NCBI GenBank assembly: GCA_016432485.1
Contig: CP066691.1
Span: 153,294-217,293 of the forward strand
Direction of reading: 5' to 3'
From: Candidatus Niyogibacteria bacterium
GTDB taxonomy: Bacteria > Patescibacteriota > Minisyncoccia > HO2-45-28
Length of the DNA: 64,000 nucleotides
Shown: in pieces, positions 9,493 to 19,704 of the stretch
Numbering within the stretch: position 1 is the stretch's first letter
How the letters are laid out: every line of letters begins with the position of its first letter
Position numbers and translations under genes: made by a program
Notes under the pieces: generated by a model
The model's database searches: none
Seen by the model: the letters and a program-made list of their open reading frames with translations, nothing else
What the model was told of the DNA's origin: nothing

Positions 9493-12400
9493 ATGTCATT
9501 TGTCCACCTTCATACGCATAGCCACTATAGTCTGCTTGACGGTTTGGCTAAAATAGACGATTTGGTCAGAGCCGCCGCGGAATACGGGATGCCCGCTTTG
9601 GCCTTAACTGACCACGGCAATCTTTACGGCGCGATTGAGTTTTATCAAAAATCAAAAAACGCGGGAATTAAACCGATAATAGGCGTGGAGGCGTATCTCG
9701 CCTCTACCTCCCGCCATTCAAAAAAAGTCGGACTTGATGAAAAACGTTTTCACCTCGTGCTTCTGGCTGAAAATAACGAGGGTTACCAAAATCTTTTAAA
9801 ATTGGTCACGGCATCGCATCTTGAAGGATTTTACTATAAACCGCGCATAGATAAAGAAATACTGCGCAGATATTCAAAAGGCCTTATCGGCACTTCAAGC
9901 TGTATGGGCGGCGAAATACCGCGAGCTTTGATTGCCGGCGACTTTGACCAAGCCAGAAAACTCGCGTTTGAATATCAAGAAATCTTCGGAAAAAACAACT
10001 TTTTTATTGAACTTTCGCATCATCCCGGAATACCAAATCATGACCGCGCGCAAAAAGCCCTGAAACAGCTTGCGCGCGACCTTAAAATCCCGACTATTGC
10101 CGCGCAGGACATTCATTATGTTTCCAAAGAAGACGCTCAGGCCCAAGATGTGCTGCTAGCAGTTCAAACAAATTCCAGGTTGGACGATGCCGACCGGATG
10201 ACTATGAAAAACGACGATTTTTCCATGAGGTCCCCGAAAGAAATGACGGATCTTTTTCGGGACGCGCCCGAAGCCATAGCCAATACTTTAGAAATTGCTT
10301 CAAGAATAAATATTGAACTGGAGCTCGGAAAAATAAGTTTCCCTCACTATCCTCTTCCGGAAGGACACGGCGCGGATTCTTATCTGGAAAAATTGTGTCT
10401 TGACGGACTTAAAAAACGCTACGGCGATGACGTATCCGAAGCCATTAAAAAACGGCTTGATTACGAACTTGCGGTCATCAAAAAAACCGGCTTTGCTTCT
10501 TACTTTTTAATAGTGCAGGACATAACCAATTGGTCCAAGAACAAAGGAATAGTAGTCGGTCCGGGCCGGGGCTCCGCGGCAGGGTCGCTCATATCGTATC
10601 TGACCAACATAACTAACGTTGACCCCATAAAATACGACTTGCTCTTTGAACGATTTATGAATCCGGACCGCGTAAGCCCGCCGGATATAGACTTGGACTT
10701 CGCTGATACCCGCCGCGACGAAGTCTTGGAATATATGACCGAAAAATACGGCTCCGACCATGTGGCGCAGATAATAACATTCGGGACAATGGCCGCTCGG
10801 GCAGCCATCCGCGATGCCGGACGCGCTTTAAATCTTTCTTATGCTTTTTGCGATACCCTGGCTAAAATGATTGCTTTCGGCAAAAACCTGACCGAATCTT
10901 TGGAAAATAACGCCGAGCTTAAAAATTCATACGAAACCGACCCTGACGCCAAAAGACTCATTGACGCGGCGCGAAAACTGGAAGGCGTGGCGCGACACGC
11001 CTCGGTACACGCCTGCGGAACAGTGATAACCAAAGAACCTCTGGTCAACACCGTCCCGCTGCAATACGCCGCGCGCGGGAAAGACACAAACGAAAAAACA
11101 ATCGTAACCCAGTATGAAATGCACGCGATTGAAGACCTCGGCCTTTTAAAAATGGATATCCTCGGATTAAAAAACCTCAGCATCATTGAAGCCGCGGTCA
11201 AATTAATCAAAGAACGGACGGGGAATACCGTTGATTTTGATAAAATGAATCCCGTAGATGCGCGAGTTTTTGAAATGCTGGCTCGCGGCCAGACTTTAGG
11301 CGTATTCCAGCTTGAAGGCGGAGGAATGACGCGCTTTTTGACCGACCTCCAGCCCACGGAAATAGAAGATATAATCGCGATGATTTCTCTTTATCGTCCG
11401 GGGCCGCTGGATGCCGGAATGATACCCATATACATAAAAAGAAAACACGGCCGGGAGCCGGCAACCTATCTTCATCCAAAGCTTGAACCGATTCTCAAAA
11501 AAACGCACGGCATAATGATTTATCAGGAACAGCTTATGCAAGCCGCTCAAGCCGCGTCCGGTTTCACTCTGGCCGAAGCCGATACTCTGCGCAAAGCCGT
11601 GGGCAAAAAAATCAAAAAACTTCTTGACGAACAAAAAGAAAAATTCATTTTGGGAGCGGAGAAAACGATAAATAGCCGCGGGATTGGCGAAGAACTTTGG
11701 AAAATCATAGAGCCGTTCGCGGGATACGGTTTTAACCGCTCGCACGCGGCAGCCTACGCTTTAGTCGCCTATCAAACCGCGTGGCTTAAATGCCACTACC
11801 CGCTTGAATTTATGGCGTCTCTAATGAACGCCGACGAAAAAGATATTGAAAGAATAGCGATTCTGGTTAATGAGGCGAAAAAATCAGGCATATCCGTTTT
11901 GCCTCCGGATATAAATCAAAGTGACGAAGGGTTCACCCCCAGGATCGGAGAAAATCCGACAATCCGTTTCGGGTTGCGCACCATTAAAAATGTCGGCTCA
12001 AACTCTGTTTCGGCGATTATAGAAGAGAGAAAAACAAACGGCCCGTATTCAAGTTTGGCAGACCTCCTGGAAAGATCGCCGTCCAAAGATTTAAACAAAA
12101 AATCCTTGGAGTCGCTGATAAAATCAGGAGCGCTTGACAATATCGGCGAAAGAAACCAGATGCTGGATAATCTGGAAGCGATTCTTTCATATCATCGGGA
12201 TTCGGCCAAAACCCGGGCGCAAAACCAATCCTCGCTTTTCAGCTTAATGAATGACCGCGCCGTCCTCCCCCAGCTTAAATTGAACGCGGCCCGTCCCGCG
12301 ACTGACGAAGAAAAACTGCGCTGGGAGCGCGAGCTTCTCGGATTATACATTTCAAGCCACCCTCTTGAAAAAATGAAAGACAAACTCAAAAAAGAAAAAA

Positions 12401-12678
12401 TGCAGATAGAAACCGCCAAGACTCTGGTTGACGGCGCTCCGGCTTCGGTTGGAGCAATGATAGAGAGCATTCAAAAAATTACCACTAAAAAGGGGGAACC
12501 GATGGTTTTTCTTAAACTTCTTGATCTTTCCGGAGCAATGGAAGCAATTGTCTTTCCGAGAACTCTTACCGAATACGGCTCGCTTATTATTGAAGAAAAA
12601 GGAATAAAAATAAAAGGAAGAATAAGCCATCGAAACGGCCGTACGGCTTTAATTGCCAACGAAATAAGGGTATTATAA
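9493..12678 (+). CDS. dnaE: DNA polymerase III alpha subunit (start moved to MSFVHLHTHS)
   Basis: HLHTHSHYSLLDG PHP domain, GPGRGSAAGS, PPDIDLDF, GYGFNRSHA, OB-fold tail. Confidence 0.97.
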   Translation: MSFVHLHTHSHYSLLDGLAKIDDLVRAAAEYGMPALALTDHGNLYGAIEFYQKSKNAGIKPIIGVEAYLASTSRHSKKVGLDEKRFHLVLLAENNEGYQNLLKLVTASHLEGFYYKPRIDKEILRRYSKGLIGTSSCMGGEIPRALIAGDFDQARKLAFEYQEIFGKNNFFIELSHHPGIPNHDRAQKALKQLARDLKIPTIAAQDIHYVSKEDAQAQDVLLAVQTNSRLDDADRMTMKNDDFSMRSPKEMTDLFRDAPEAIANTLEIASRINIELELGKISFPHYPLPEGHGADSYLEKLCLDGLKKRYGDDVSEAIKKRLDYELAVIKKTGFASYFLIVQDITNWSKNKGIVVGPGRGSAAGSLISYLTNITNVDPIKYDLLFERFMNPDRVSPPDIDLDFADTRRDEVLEYMTEKYGSDHVAQIITFGTMAARAAIRDAGRALNLSYAFCDTLAKMIAFGKNLTESLENNAELKNSYETDPDAKRLIDAARKLEGVARHASVHACGTVITKEPLVNTVPLQYAARGKDTNEKTIVTQYEMHAIEDLGLLKMDILGLKNLSIIEAAVKLIKERTGNTVDFDKMNPVDARVFEMLARGQTLGVFQLEGGGMTRFLTDLQPTEIEDIIAMISLYRPGPLDAGMIPIYIKRKHGREPATYLHPKLEPILKKTHGIMIYQEQLMQAAQAASGFTLAEADTLRKAVGKKIKKLLDEQKEKFILGAEKTINSRGIGEELWKIIEPFAGYGFNRSHAAAYALVAYQTAWLKCHYPLEFMASLMNADEKDIERIAILVNEAKKSGISVLPPDINQSDEGFTPRIGENPTIRFGLRTIKNVGSNSVSAIIEERKTNGPYSSLADLLERSPSKDLNKKSLESLIKSGALDNIGERNQMLDNLEAILSYHRDSAKTRAQNQSSLFSLMNDRAVLPQLKLNAARPATDEEKLRWERELLGLYISSHPLEKMKDKLKKEKMQIETAKTLVDGAPASVGAMIESIQKITTKKGEPMVFLKLLDLSGAMEAIVFPRTLTEYGSLIIEEKGIKIKGRISHRNGRTALIANEIRVL

Positions 12679-12687
12679 AATATATAA

Positions 12688-13896
12688 ATGGCTAAAGACA
12701 GAGACAAAAAACCGTCCCAAGACCATAGAGATATAAGCCGAGAATTGGACTTATTTTCTTTTCAGGAGGTGGCGCCCGGGGCGCCTTTCTGGCATCCGAA
12801 AGGCATGATAATTTTTAGGGAGCTGGAAAAATATGCGCGAAAAATTAACGACGAGGGAGGCTACAGCGAAACCTCAACGCCGATTTTGGTTAAAAAAGAG
12901 GTTTTTGAAAAATCCGGGCATTGGCAATACTTTCGGGAGAATATGTTTTATTTTAAAGACGGGAACGACACGCTGGCGCTTAAACCGATGAATTGCCCCG
13001 AATCAACCTATATTTACAGCTCCAAAGTTAGAAGCTGGCGAGATTTACCTTTGCGGCTGGCTGAAATCGGCAGGCTCCATCGCAATGAACGCTCCGGTAC
13101 CCTGGGAGGAATGTTCAGGGTAAGGCAACTGACAATGGATGACGCCCATATATATTGCCGGAAGGATCAAATTGAAGATGAAGTTTCAAAAACAATAAAA
13201 GAAATAAATTCGTTTTATTCACTTTTCGGATTTAAAACCGAGTATTTTCTGGCAACAAGGCCCGAAAAAGCCCTGGGCAAAAAAGAATTATGGGATGAAG
13301 CCGAAAAAATTATGGCATCAGCCCTTAAAAAAAATAAAATACCTTTTAAGGAGGCTCCGGGCGAGGGCGCTTTTTACGGGCCTAAAATTGAAGTGCATAT
13401 CCGTGACTCACAGGGACGCGATTGGCAGTTGGGCACTTCACAACTTGATTTCTTTATGCTTCCTGAAAAATTCGACCTCTACTACATAGGTGAAAACGGA
13501 AAAAAAGAAAAACCGGTGGTCATTCATCGCGCTATTTTTGGCTCCTTCGAGCGCTTTATCGGCATACTGCTGGAAGAAAACGGCGGAGCTTTGCCTTTAT
13601 GGCTGGCGCCGGTTCAGGTCGCGCTTTTGTCCATTAACGACAAAGTTAAAAAATATTGTCTTGAAATTATCCGTAACCTTCACAAAATAAATTTGCGCGT
13701 TTTTCTGGATGACCGCAATGAAACTATCGGCAAAAAAATACGCGAAGCCGAATTGCAGAAAATTCCTTATATTTTGGTCATCGGAGAAAAAGAAGAGAAA
13801 GACGGAACTGTAAATGTGCGCGAACGCGGAAAAAAAGAGCAGAAATCAATGAAATTAGATGATTTTGCCAAAGAAATCTCAACAGGCGATAAGTAA
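12688..13896 (+). CDS. thrS: Threonyl-tRNA synthetase, catalytic and anticodon domains only
   Basis: KPMNCP, HRNERSG, DDAHI, GAFYGPK, IHRAIFGSFERF; 402 aa with no TGS/editing domains. Confidence 0.95.
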   Translation: MAKDRDKKPSQDHRDISRELDLFSFQEVAPGAPFWHPKGMIIFRELEKYARKINDEGGYSETSTPILVKKEVFEKSGHWQYFRENMFYFKDGNDTLALKPMNCPESTYIYSSKVRSWRDLPLRLAEIGRLHRNERSGTLGGMFRVRQLTMDDAHIYCRKDQIEDEVSKTIKEINSFYSLFGFKTEYFLATRPEKALGKKELWDEAEKIMASALKKNKIPFKEAPGEGAFYGPKIEVHIRDSQGRDWQLGTSQLDFFMLPEKFDLYYIGENGKKEKPVVIHRAIFGSFERFIGILLEENGGALPLWLAPVQVALLSINDKVKKYCLEIIRNLHKINLRVFLDDRNETIGKKIREAELQKIPYILVIGEKEEKDGTVNVRERGKKEQKSMKLDDFAKEISTGDK

Positions 13897-14779
13897 AAAA
13901 ATAATAGTCATAGTCGGTCCGACAGCTTCCGGTAAATCCGCGCTGGGAGTGCGTCTTGCCAAAAAAGTGAACGGCGAGATAATTTCGGCTGATTCTCGGC
14001 AGATTTATAAAGGCCTTAATCTGGCTTCGGGCAAAATAACCGCGAGTGAAATGGCGGGTGTCCCCCATCATTGCCTTGATTTAGTGTCTCCAAAAACCGT
14101 ATTCAGCGCCGGAAACTATGCCGAATGCGCAAAAAAAGCCATTGTGGATATTCAAAAACGAGGAAAAATCCCGATAATAGTCGGGGGAACCGGATTTTAT
14201 ATAGATGTGGCTCTTGGTCGGATGAAAACGGCGGGCGTTGCGCCCGATTGGAAACTGCGAAAAAACCTTGAGAAAAAATCGGTTACGGTCCTTTTTAAAA
14301 TCCTGAAAAAGTTAGACCAAAAAAGAGCCGAAACAATTGAGCCCCAAAACAAACGCCGTTTGATCCGGGCAATTGAGATAGCAAAATCCCCATCTAAAAA
14401 AATCGCGAATAAAAAATCGGGAAATGAAATATATCAATATTTTGATGTGTTATGGATAGGAACAAAGATTAAACCGGAGGAATTAAGAAAAAAAATAAAT
14501 TCCAGATTAAATAAACGGCTTAGAGCCGGAATGGTTCGGGAAATAAAGAAATTGCGCCAGAAAGGAGTAAGCTGGAAACGATTGGACGACTTGGGCCTTG
14601 AACCGCGCTGGATTTCAAGATATCTGCGCGGCAAAATTTCAAAAGACGAAATGATTTCAGGACTGCTAATTTCAATCTGGCGTTATTCCCGCCGCCAAAT
14701 GACCTGGTTTAAGCGCAATAAAAATATCCGATGGATTAAAACACGAAGAGAGGCCGAAAAACTACTTAAGAAGTTTTAA
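13859..14779 (+). CDS. miaA: tRNA dimethylallyltransferase (exact start uncertain)
   Basis: VGPTASGKS, EIISADSRQIY, VGGTGFY, RRQMTWF. Confidence 0.95.
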   Translation: MILPKKSQQAISKKIIVIVGPTASGKSALGVRLAKKVNGEIISADSRQIYKGLNLASGKITASEMAGVPHHCLDLVSPKTVFSAGNYAECAKKAIVDIQKRGKIPIIVGGTGFYIDVALGRMKTAGVAPDWKLRKNLEKKSVTVLFKILKKLDQKRAETIEPQNKRRLIRAIEIAKSPSKKIANKKSGNEIYQYFDVLWIGTKIKPEELRKKINSRLNKRLRAGMVREIKKLRQKGVSWKRLDDLGLEPRWISRYLRGKISKDEMISGLLISIWRYSRRQMTWFKRNKNIRWIKTRREAEKLLKKF

Positions 14780-16225
14780 AAGCGTTTCGCGCGCGACTTC
14801 GGGGTTGGCGCCGCCCTTAGTTTCTTTCATAACTTGACCCACCAAAAATTGAAGAGCGTTTTCTTTACCCAATTTATAGTCGGCTGCCGCTTGGGGATTG
14901 GCCCCAATAATTTTTTCGGCAATTTCTTCAAGCGCGCCTTCGTTTGAAATTTGGTTAAGTCCCCTTTCGCGCGCGATATCAGAAGGATCGCCGCCTTCTT
15001 CAACCATAACGCGTAAAATATCTTTGGCTGCCCGCGAGGAAATGAGGTCCTCTAAAATCATTTTTATGAGCTCGGCAAAATTTTCCGGAGAGACCAGAAG
15101 GTCGTTCATCGGCAATTCTTTTTCTTTAACCAGTCCTTGCAGATCGGAGATTAAATAATTAAAAGCAAGTTTTAGCGCTTGAGGCTTTTTATCGTGGCTG
15201 CTCCACTCTAAAAGCTCAGAAACGGCTTTTTCAAAAAAATCTGCCGTTCCTTTATCAGAGACAATAAGCGCGGAATCTTTGGCCGCAAGCCCGTATTCTT
15301 TTTGAAAGCGGGCTCGTTTTTGCCGCGGCAATTCCGGCAATTTCAATTTCAAAGTTTCAGGATTCAATTCATCATCCCCATAGACTTCAATCGGAGGCAA
15401 ATCGGGTTCTGGAAAATAACGGTAATCATGAGATTCTTCTTTTCGCCTTTGCGAAAATGTTTTTTGTCCGGCATCATCCCAACCTCTGGTTTCATGGACA
15501 ATTTTCTTGCCGGCTTTCAAAATACCCGCCTGTCTTTCCAGCTCATATTCAATAGCCCTGCGAAGCGCGTTAAAAGAATTTATGTTTTTCAGCTCAACTT
15601 TCGTCCCCATATCTAGAGAAGCGTTGGCTTCAAGACGCATCTGGCCTTTTTCCATATCGGCATCCGAAACATTAAGCTCGCGTAAAAGCAAACGAAGTTC
15701 TTCGGCAAATTCGCTGGCTTCATCAGCCGATGAAATATCCGGTTCGGTAACCAATTCCATTAAAGGTACTCCGGCGCGGTTAAAATCAACAAATGAGACT
15801 TGCTCCGATTTTATGCCGGAGCCGAGACCCTCGTGAATTAAACGTCCGGTATCTTCCTCCAGATGAACCCGCCTGATTCTTATTTTTTTGCCGGAATCCG
15901 GCAAAACTAACTCTCCGCCATAAACCAAAGGATGTTTATATTGTGAAATCTGATAGCCCTTGGGCAGGTCGGGATAAAAATAGTTTTTGCGCTCAAATCG
16001 CGAATACTCCGCGACTTTTCCGCCCAAAGCTAACCCCGTCAAAATTACTTTTTTAACCGCTTCTTTGTTTATGACAGGCAGAGTGCCCGGATGCCCCATG
16101 CAGACGGGGCAAACATTCATATTCGGATGGGTCTCTTGAGAGTCGTTTAAGGACTCGCAGAACATTTTTGTCTCCGTATTCAGCTCGACGTGAATTTCTA
16201 ACCCGATTGTCGGCTTAAATTGCAT
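14762..16225 (-). CDS. gatB: Asp/Glu-tRNA amidotransferase subunit B
   Basis: IGLEIHVEL, RKNYFYPDLPKGYQISQ, HLEEDTG, DYRYFPEPDLPP. Confidence 0.97.
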   Translation of the reverse strand: MQFKPTIGLEIHVELNTETKMFCESLNDSQETHPNMNVCPVCMGHPGTLPVINKEAVKKVILTGLALGGKVAEYSRFERKNYFYPDLPKGYQISQYKHPLVYGGELVLPDSGKKIRIRRVHLEEDTGRLIHEGLGSGIKSEQVSFVDFNRAGVPLMELVTEPDISSADEASEFAEELRLLLRELNVSDADMEKGQMRLEANASLDMGTKVELKNINSFNALRRAIEYELERQAGILKAGKKIVHETRGWDDAGQKTFSQRRKEESHDYRYFPEPDLPPIEVYGDDELNPETLKLKLPELPRQKRARFQKEYGLAAKDSALIVSDKGTADFFEKAVSELLEWSSHDKKPQALKLAFNYLISDLQGLVKEKELPMNDLLVSPENFAELIKMILEDLISSRAAKDILRVMVEEGGDPSDIARERGLNQISNEGALEEIAEKIIGANPQAAADYKLGKENALQFLVGQVMKETKGGANPEVARETLLKLLK

Positions 16226-16310
16226 ATGATGGTATTATAGAGTAAAATTATTAATTATTCTATTGCTATAATTTTATTAGGTTAATTAGAAATTAGAAAT
16301 TATCAAAATC

Positions 16311-16886
16311 ATGCTTTCGTATACAGATTTATTAAAGGGGGTGTATTTCGTGATGGATGGCGAACCTTACGAGGTGCTTGAATCGCAGTTTTTACGCATG
16401 CAGCAAAGAAAACCCGTGGTACAGGCCAAAATAAAAAATCTGGCTACGGGCAAAATAACGCAAAGAAGCTTTCATCAAAACGAATCATTCAAAGAAGCCG
16501 AAATAGATCGCGAACCAATGAAGTTCCTGTTTTCACATCGGAATGAATTTACTTTTATTTATCCGAGTGATCCTTCTAAAAGAGTATCGTTAAACTCGGA
16601 GCTAGCCGGTGAAATTGCGCGATATCTTAAGCCAAACCTTGAAGTCATTTTCAAAAAATTCGGCGAGACACTGCTCGGCATAGAAATTCCCATAAAAATT
16701 GATTATGTCGTTAAATCCGCCCCGCCCGCCGATAAAGGAAACACCGCCCAAGGCGGCTCAAAAGAAATAGAACTTGAAAACGGCCTGCGTATACAAGCGC
16801 CTCTTTTCATAAACGAAGGCGATATCGTGCGCGTAAACACTCAAACCGGAGAATATGCGGAACGCGCTGAAAAAACAGGCAAGTAA
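16311..16886 (+). CDS. efp: Elongation factor P with non-canonical loop (RMQQRK)
   Basis: KGNTAQGG, LENGLRIQAPLFINEGDIVRVNTQTGEYAERA. Confidence 0.92.
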   Translation: MLSYTDLLKGVYFVMDGEPYEVLESQFLRMQQRKPVVQAKIKNLATGKITQRSFHQNESFKEAEIDREPMKFLFSHRNEFTFIYPSDPSKRVSLNSELAGEIARYLKPNLEVIFKKFGETLLGIEIPIKIDYVVKSAPPADKGNTAQGGSKEIELENGLRIQAPLFINEGDIVRVNTQTGEYAERAEKTGK

Positions 16887-16922
16887 CATGTTTTAGTCCA
16901 ATCGGGAGTAAATATATTACTT

Positions 16923-17750
16923 TTAGTTTTTTTGACACCCGGGGCAAATAGTGCTTCCTCGCCCCCCGACTTTAATTTTTTCCGTTCGGCGCCGGCATCT
17001 AGGACAAATTTTTTGATCATATATAAGAAACTTATTTTGATAGCCGCCCATCTCGTTATCGGGATGTTTCCAATCCCTCATGCTCGTGCCGCCGGATTTT
17101 AAAATCTTATTTATAATTTTTTTTAAATTTCCGAAAAGAACGCGATTCCGACGGCCGTCCAAATCATGTGACTTTGTTTTGGGATGGATTTTTGAAAGCC
17201 ACAAAGATTCATCGGCAATAATATTGCCGATTCCGGAAAAAATATCCTGCCTCAGCAAAATTGGTTTTATCATTCCTCTTCTTCCTCTTAATTTTTCGTT
17301 AAACTCCGTAAAAGCAACCTTCAGAATATCCCGTCCGAGCGCCGCAAAATACTTCTCGCATAAAACTTCTTTTTCAAGGCCGTACCAAATCCGGCCAAAT
17401 TTTCTTACGTCGCTGAAACGCAATTCTGCTCCTCCGGCAAATCCAACCGCAAAACGGACAGACTTATCTAAACGTTCACCGGCCTTACCGGAGTACAAAT
17501 TGCCGGTCATTTTCAGATGAAACGCCAGCGCTCTTTTCGGATTGCCGGATAGAGTCATAAAAACGGTCTTCCCTTTTCTGAATATTACCGTAATTTTTTT
17601 GCCTAAAATATCTTTTTTCGCTTTACTCAAACTAAACCCGGAAATAAATTGCGCGGGAGAAAAAAGACGAAAACTGATGATTTTTCGGCCCACAAGGCCG
17701 CTTTTTTGAAGTTTTGTTGCCGTAATTTCAACTTCAGGAAGCTCAGGCAT
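16923..17750 (-). CDS. mutM: Formamidopyrimidine-DNA glycosylase (Fpg/MutM)
   Basis: MPELPEVE, HLKMTG, DVRKFG, GIGNIIADE, C-terminal CPRC..CPGCQ zinc finger. Confidence 0.94.
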   Translation of the reverse strand: MPELPEVEITATKLQKSGLVGRKIISFRLFSPAQFISGFSLSKAKKDILGKKITVIFRKGKTVFMTLSGNPKRALAFHLKMTGNLYSGKAGERLDKSVRFAVGFAGGAELRFSDVRKFGRIWYGLEKEVLCEKYFAALGRDILKVAFTEFNEKLRGRRGMIKPILLRQDIFSGIGNIIADESLWLSKIHPKTKSHDLDGRRNRVLFGNLKKIINKILKSGGTSMRDWKHPDNEMGGYQNKFLIYDQKICPRCRRRTEKIKVGGRGSTICPGCQKN

Positions 17751-17828
17751 TCTCGGTAAGATTAAATCAAATAAGAAGACTTATACCTCTTAAGTCTTTG
17801 GACCAAGAATTTTCGACCAGCGGTAATC

Positions 17829-19043
17829 TTAAGCATTTTTAAAAAAAGACCGGCTCACAACGCTCGTATGGGTCATATTGGCAAACATAAACATCAGGGA
17901 AACCAAAGCCGCAATCACAAAACTGGATTTTAAAAACAAAACCGGTTCAAAAAAATACGCTCCGACCATTAATATCAGCATATAAGGGATGCGAACAGCA
18001 TTATACAAAAGTTCTCTGCTCAGAATAAATGACGCGCCGTCAGGAACGCTGCGCGCAATCCTATAATATTGGCTTTCCCAAGCCACACCGAGAGAATTGC
18101 CGACGGCATTTCCCAGCGGCTCGCTGATTGAAACCAAAACCGGGCGGAATAAAAAATAACGCGCGGCCCATATCGCCGACAGAAAAACTGAAGACCAAAG
18201 AATTATTTTTCTTCTTTTGCCGGCATCGGAAAGAAAACCCATATAAAAAGTGACGAAAACGCCGGCCAAAAGCCCCAAGGATATTATCGCGCCCAAACTC
18301 TCAATGCTGCCCAATATTATAAACAGGAAAAGCGGCCACGTTATTCTTCCGATTATGGTTTCCATGGCATATCCCGCGCCCGAGACGGTAAAAGGCATAA
18401 TCGGCTTGTAAAAAAGATATTTTATTATAGTTTTTCTTGATAAATCCGGCGAGGCTCTATGTGCCGGAAAATAAAAAAGCGGCGTTATCGCAAAAAACAA
18501 TAAAGCGGCTCCGAAAGCAAAAGTGTATTTAAACCCAATTGAGGCGATAATCAATCCGCCTAAAAAGGGCGCGGCCATATGCGTTAAAGAACTGATGAGA
18601 TGGCGCGCGCCGATTTCCCTGCCCAAATAATCGCCGTCCGATGCCCCGGTAAAATTAATATGATAACCGGTGTTAAAAAATATGGCGTAAGAAGCATGTA
18701 ACAAGGGAAGAAAATAAAATAACAAGGGGAGCTCTTTTATAAAATCAAGGCCCAAATAATAAAGCGCGGCGAAAGGAAGGCTCGCGAGCATCAATGTTTT
18801 ATCGCTTAGCCTGCGAAAAAACGGCAAAACAGCCAGAATAATGGCAACAATGTAGACCGAGTCCAGAAGAATAAATAAAAGGATGCGCCAAATCGGCTCG
18901 CCTTCCTTCCACAAAAACACCGGCACGAAAATACCGACAAGACCTATAGCAAAGCTCATCAATGCCAACGCCACATAAAGCGCGTCCATTTCTTTATTCC
19001 TAAAAAAAGAAAAATGCTCAAAAAGCGCGGAACTAATTTTCAT
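17829..19043 (-). CDS. MFS-type multi-pass membrane transporter
   Basis: About 12 hydrophobic segments; GFLSDAGKRR resembles MFS motif A. Confidence 0.75.
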   Translation of the reverse strand: MKISSALFEHFSFFRNKEMDALYVALALMSFAIGLVGIFVPVFLWKEGEPIWRILLFILLDSVYIVAIILAVLPFFRRLSDKTLMLASLPFAALYYLGLDFIKELPLLFYFLPLLHASYAIFFNTGYHINFTGASDGDYLGREIGARHLISSLTHMAAPFLGGLIIASIGFKYTFAFGAALLFFAITPLFYFPAHRASPDLSRKTIIKYLFYKPIMPFTVSGAGYAMETIIGRITWPLFLFIILGSIESLGAIISLGLLAGVFVTFYMGFLSDAGKRRKIILWSSVFLSAIWAARYFLFRPVLVSISEPLGNAVGNSLGVAWESQYYRIARSVPDGASFILSRELLYNAVRIPYMLILMVGAYFFEPVLFLKSSFVIAALVSLMFMFANMTHTSVVSRSFFKNA

Positions 19044-19089
19044 ATTTAACATAAATGTTAGCACTTTTTTGCGAAAGTCTAAACTGGCT

Positions 19090-19158
19090 GCTGAAATATT
19101 GAAAATGCCGCGAAAGTCAAAAACTTGACAAACTATATGCTTCTATGTTATACTTTAG
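19090..19158 (+). promoter_or_regulatory. Dispersed ~70-bp promoter element, copy 2 (TTGACA 19125-19130, TATACT 19149-19154)
   Basis: Near-identical to 9068-9137. Confidence 0.75.
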
Positions 19159-19194
19159 ACGGTGTAAATAGTACAACTTAACAGGAGGTGAGCC

Positions 19195-19341
19195 GTGGGA
19201 AAGCTGTCCAGAGAAGAAGCAGTAAAGGAGATCGTTCAGGTGCTTCGGGAGCTCGAGCCGACGACCGACCCCTACGATGTGATCGAGTCGGCGAAGATCT
19301 GTTTCGGAATTTCTGACACTCCTCCCGACGGCGGCTTCTAG
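19195..19341 (+). CDS. 48-aa acidic microprotein of unknown function
   Basis: Hand-translated GTG start, MGKLSREEAVKEIVQVLRELEPTTDPYDVIESAKICFGISDTPPDGGF; SD AGGAGGTG; flanked by promoter and terminator. Confidence 0.7.
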   Translation: MGKLSREEAVKEIVQVLRELEPTTDPYDVIESAKICFGISDTPPDGGF

Positions 19342-19362
19342 CAAGCCGCTCCACTCCCCCCA

Positions 19363-19399
19363 GAGGTCCAACTCATCCGAGTTGGGCCTCATCTTTTTT
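19363..19399 (+). terminator. Intrinsic terminator
   Basis: GAGGTCCAACTC-ATCC-GAGTTGGGCCTC then ATCTTTTTT. Confidence 0.75.
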
Positions 19400-19410
19400 A
19401 CATTCCACTC

Positions 19411-19656
19411 CTACTTCCTGTGACACTTCTTATAATAATTGCCACGCGGATCGCCCAAATATTTGAATCGTGGCATCTTTTTACCATCAACTTCTACTTC
19501 CTCCAAAAACATTTTAAGCGGCCGCGCCCATAAGTCGAAATTTCCGTATAATGCTCGATAAATCACTAATTCTTCCAGCGTTTCGCTGTGCCGCGCAGTA
19601 CCTATAACCTCGTACTCTTTTCCTTTATAGTGCCTATATTTTCCTAACTTAATCAT
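19411..19656 (-). CDS. DUF1653 domain protein whose C-terminus reads into a secA-tail repeat (YYKKCHRK)
   Basis: [30 protein letters not shown]...WARPL.MF. Confidence 0.88.
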   Translation of the reverse strand: MIKLGKYRHYKGKEYEVIGTARHSETLEELVIYRALYGNFDLWARPLKMFLEEVEVDGKKMPRFKYLGDPRGNYYKKCHRK

Positions 19657-19704
19657 ATTATTTCCCGTGACACCTTCGCTTTTTATTACCTAACCCACGC
19701 GGAT

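Noticed and set aside
19117-19392. 91-aa minus-strand ORF
   Set aside because: Antisense to the plus-strand 48-aa ORF, which has the promoter, SD and terminator.
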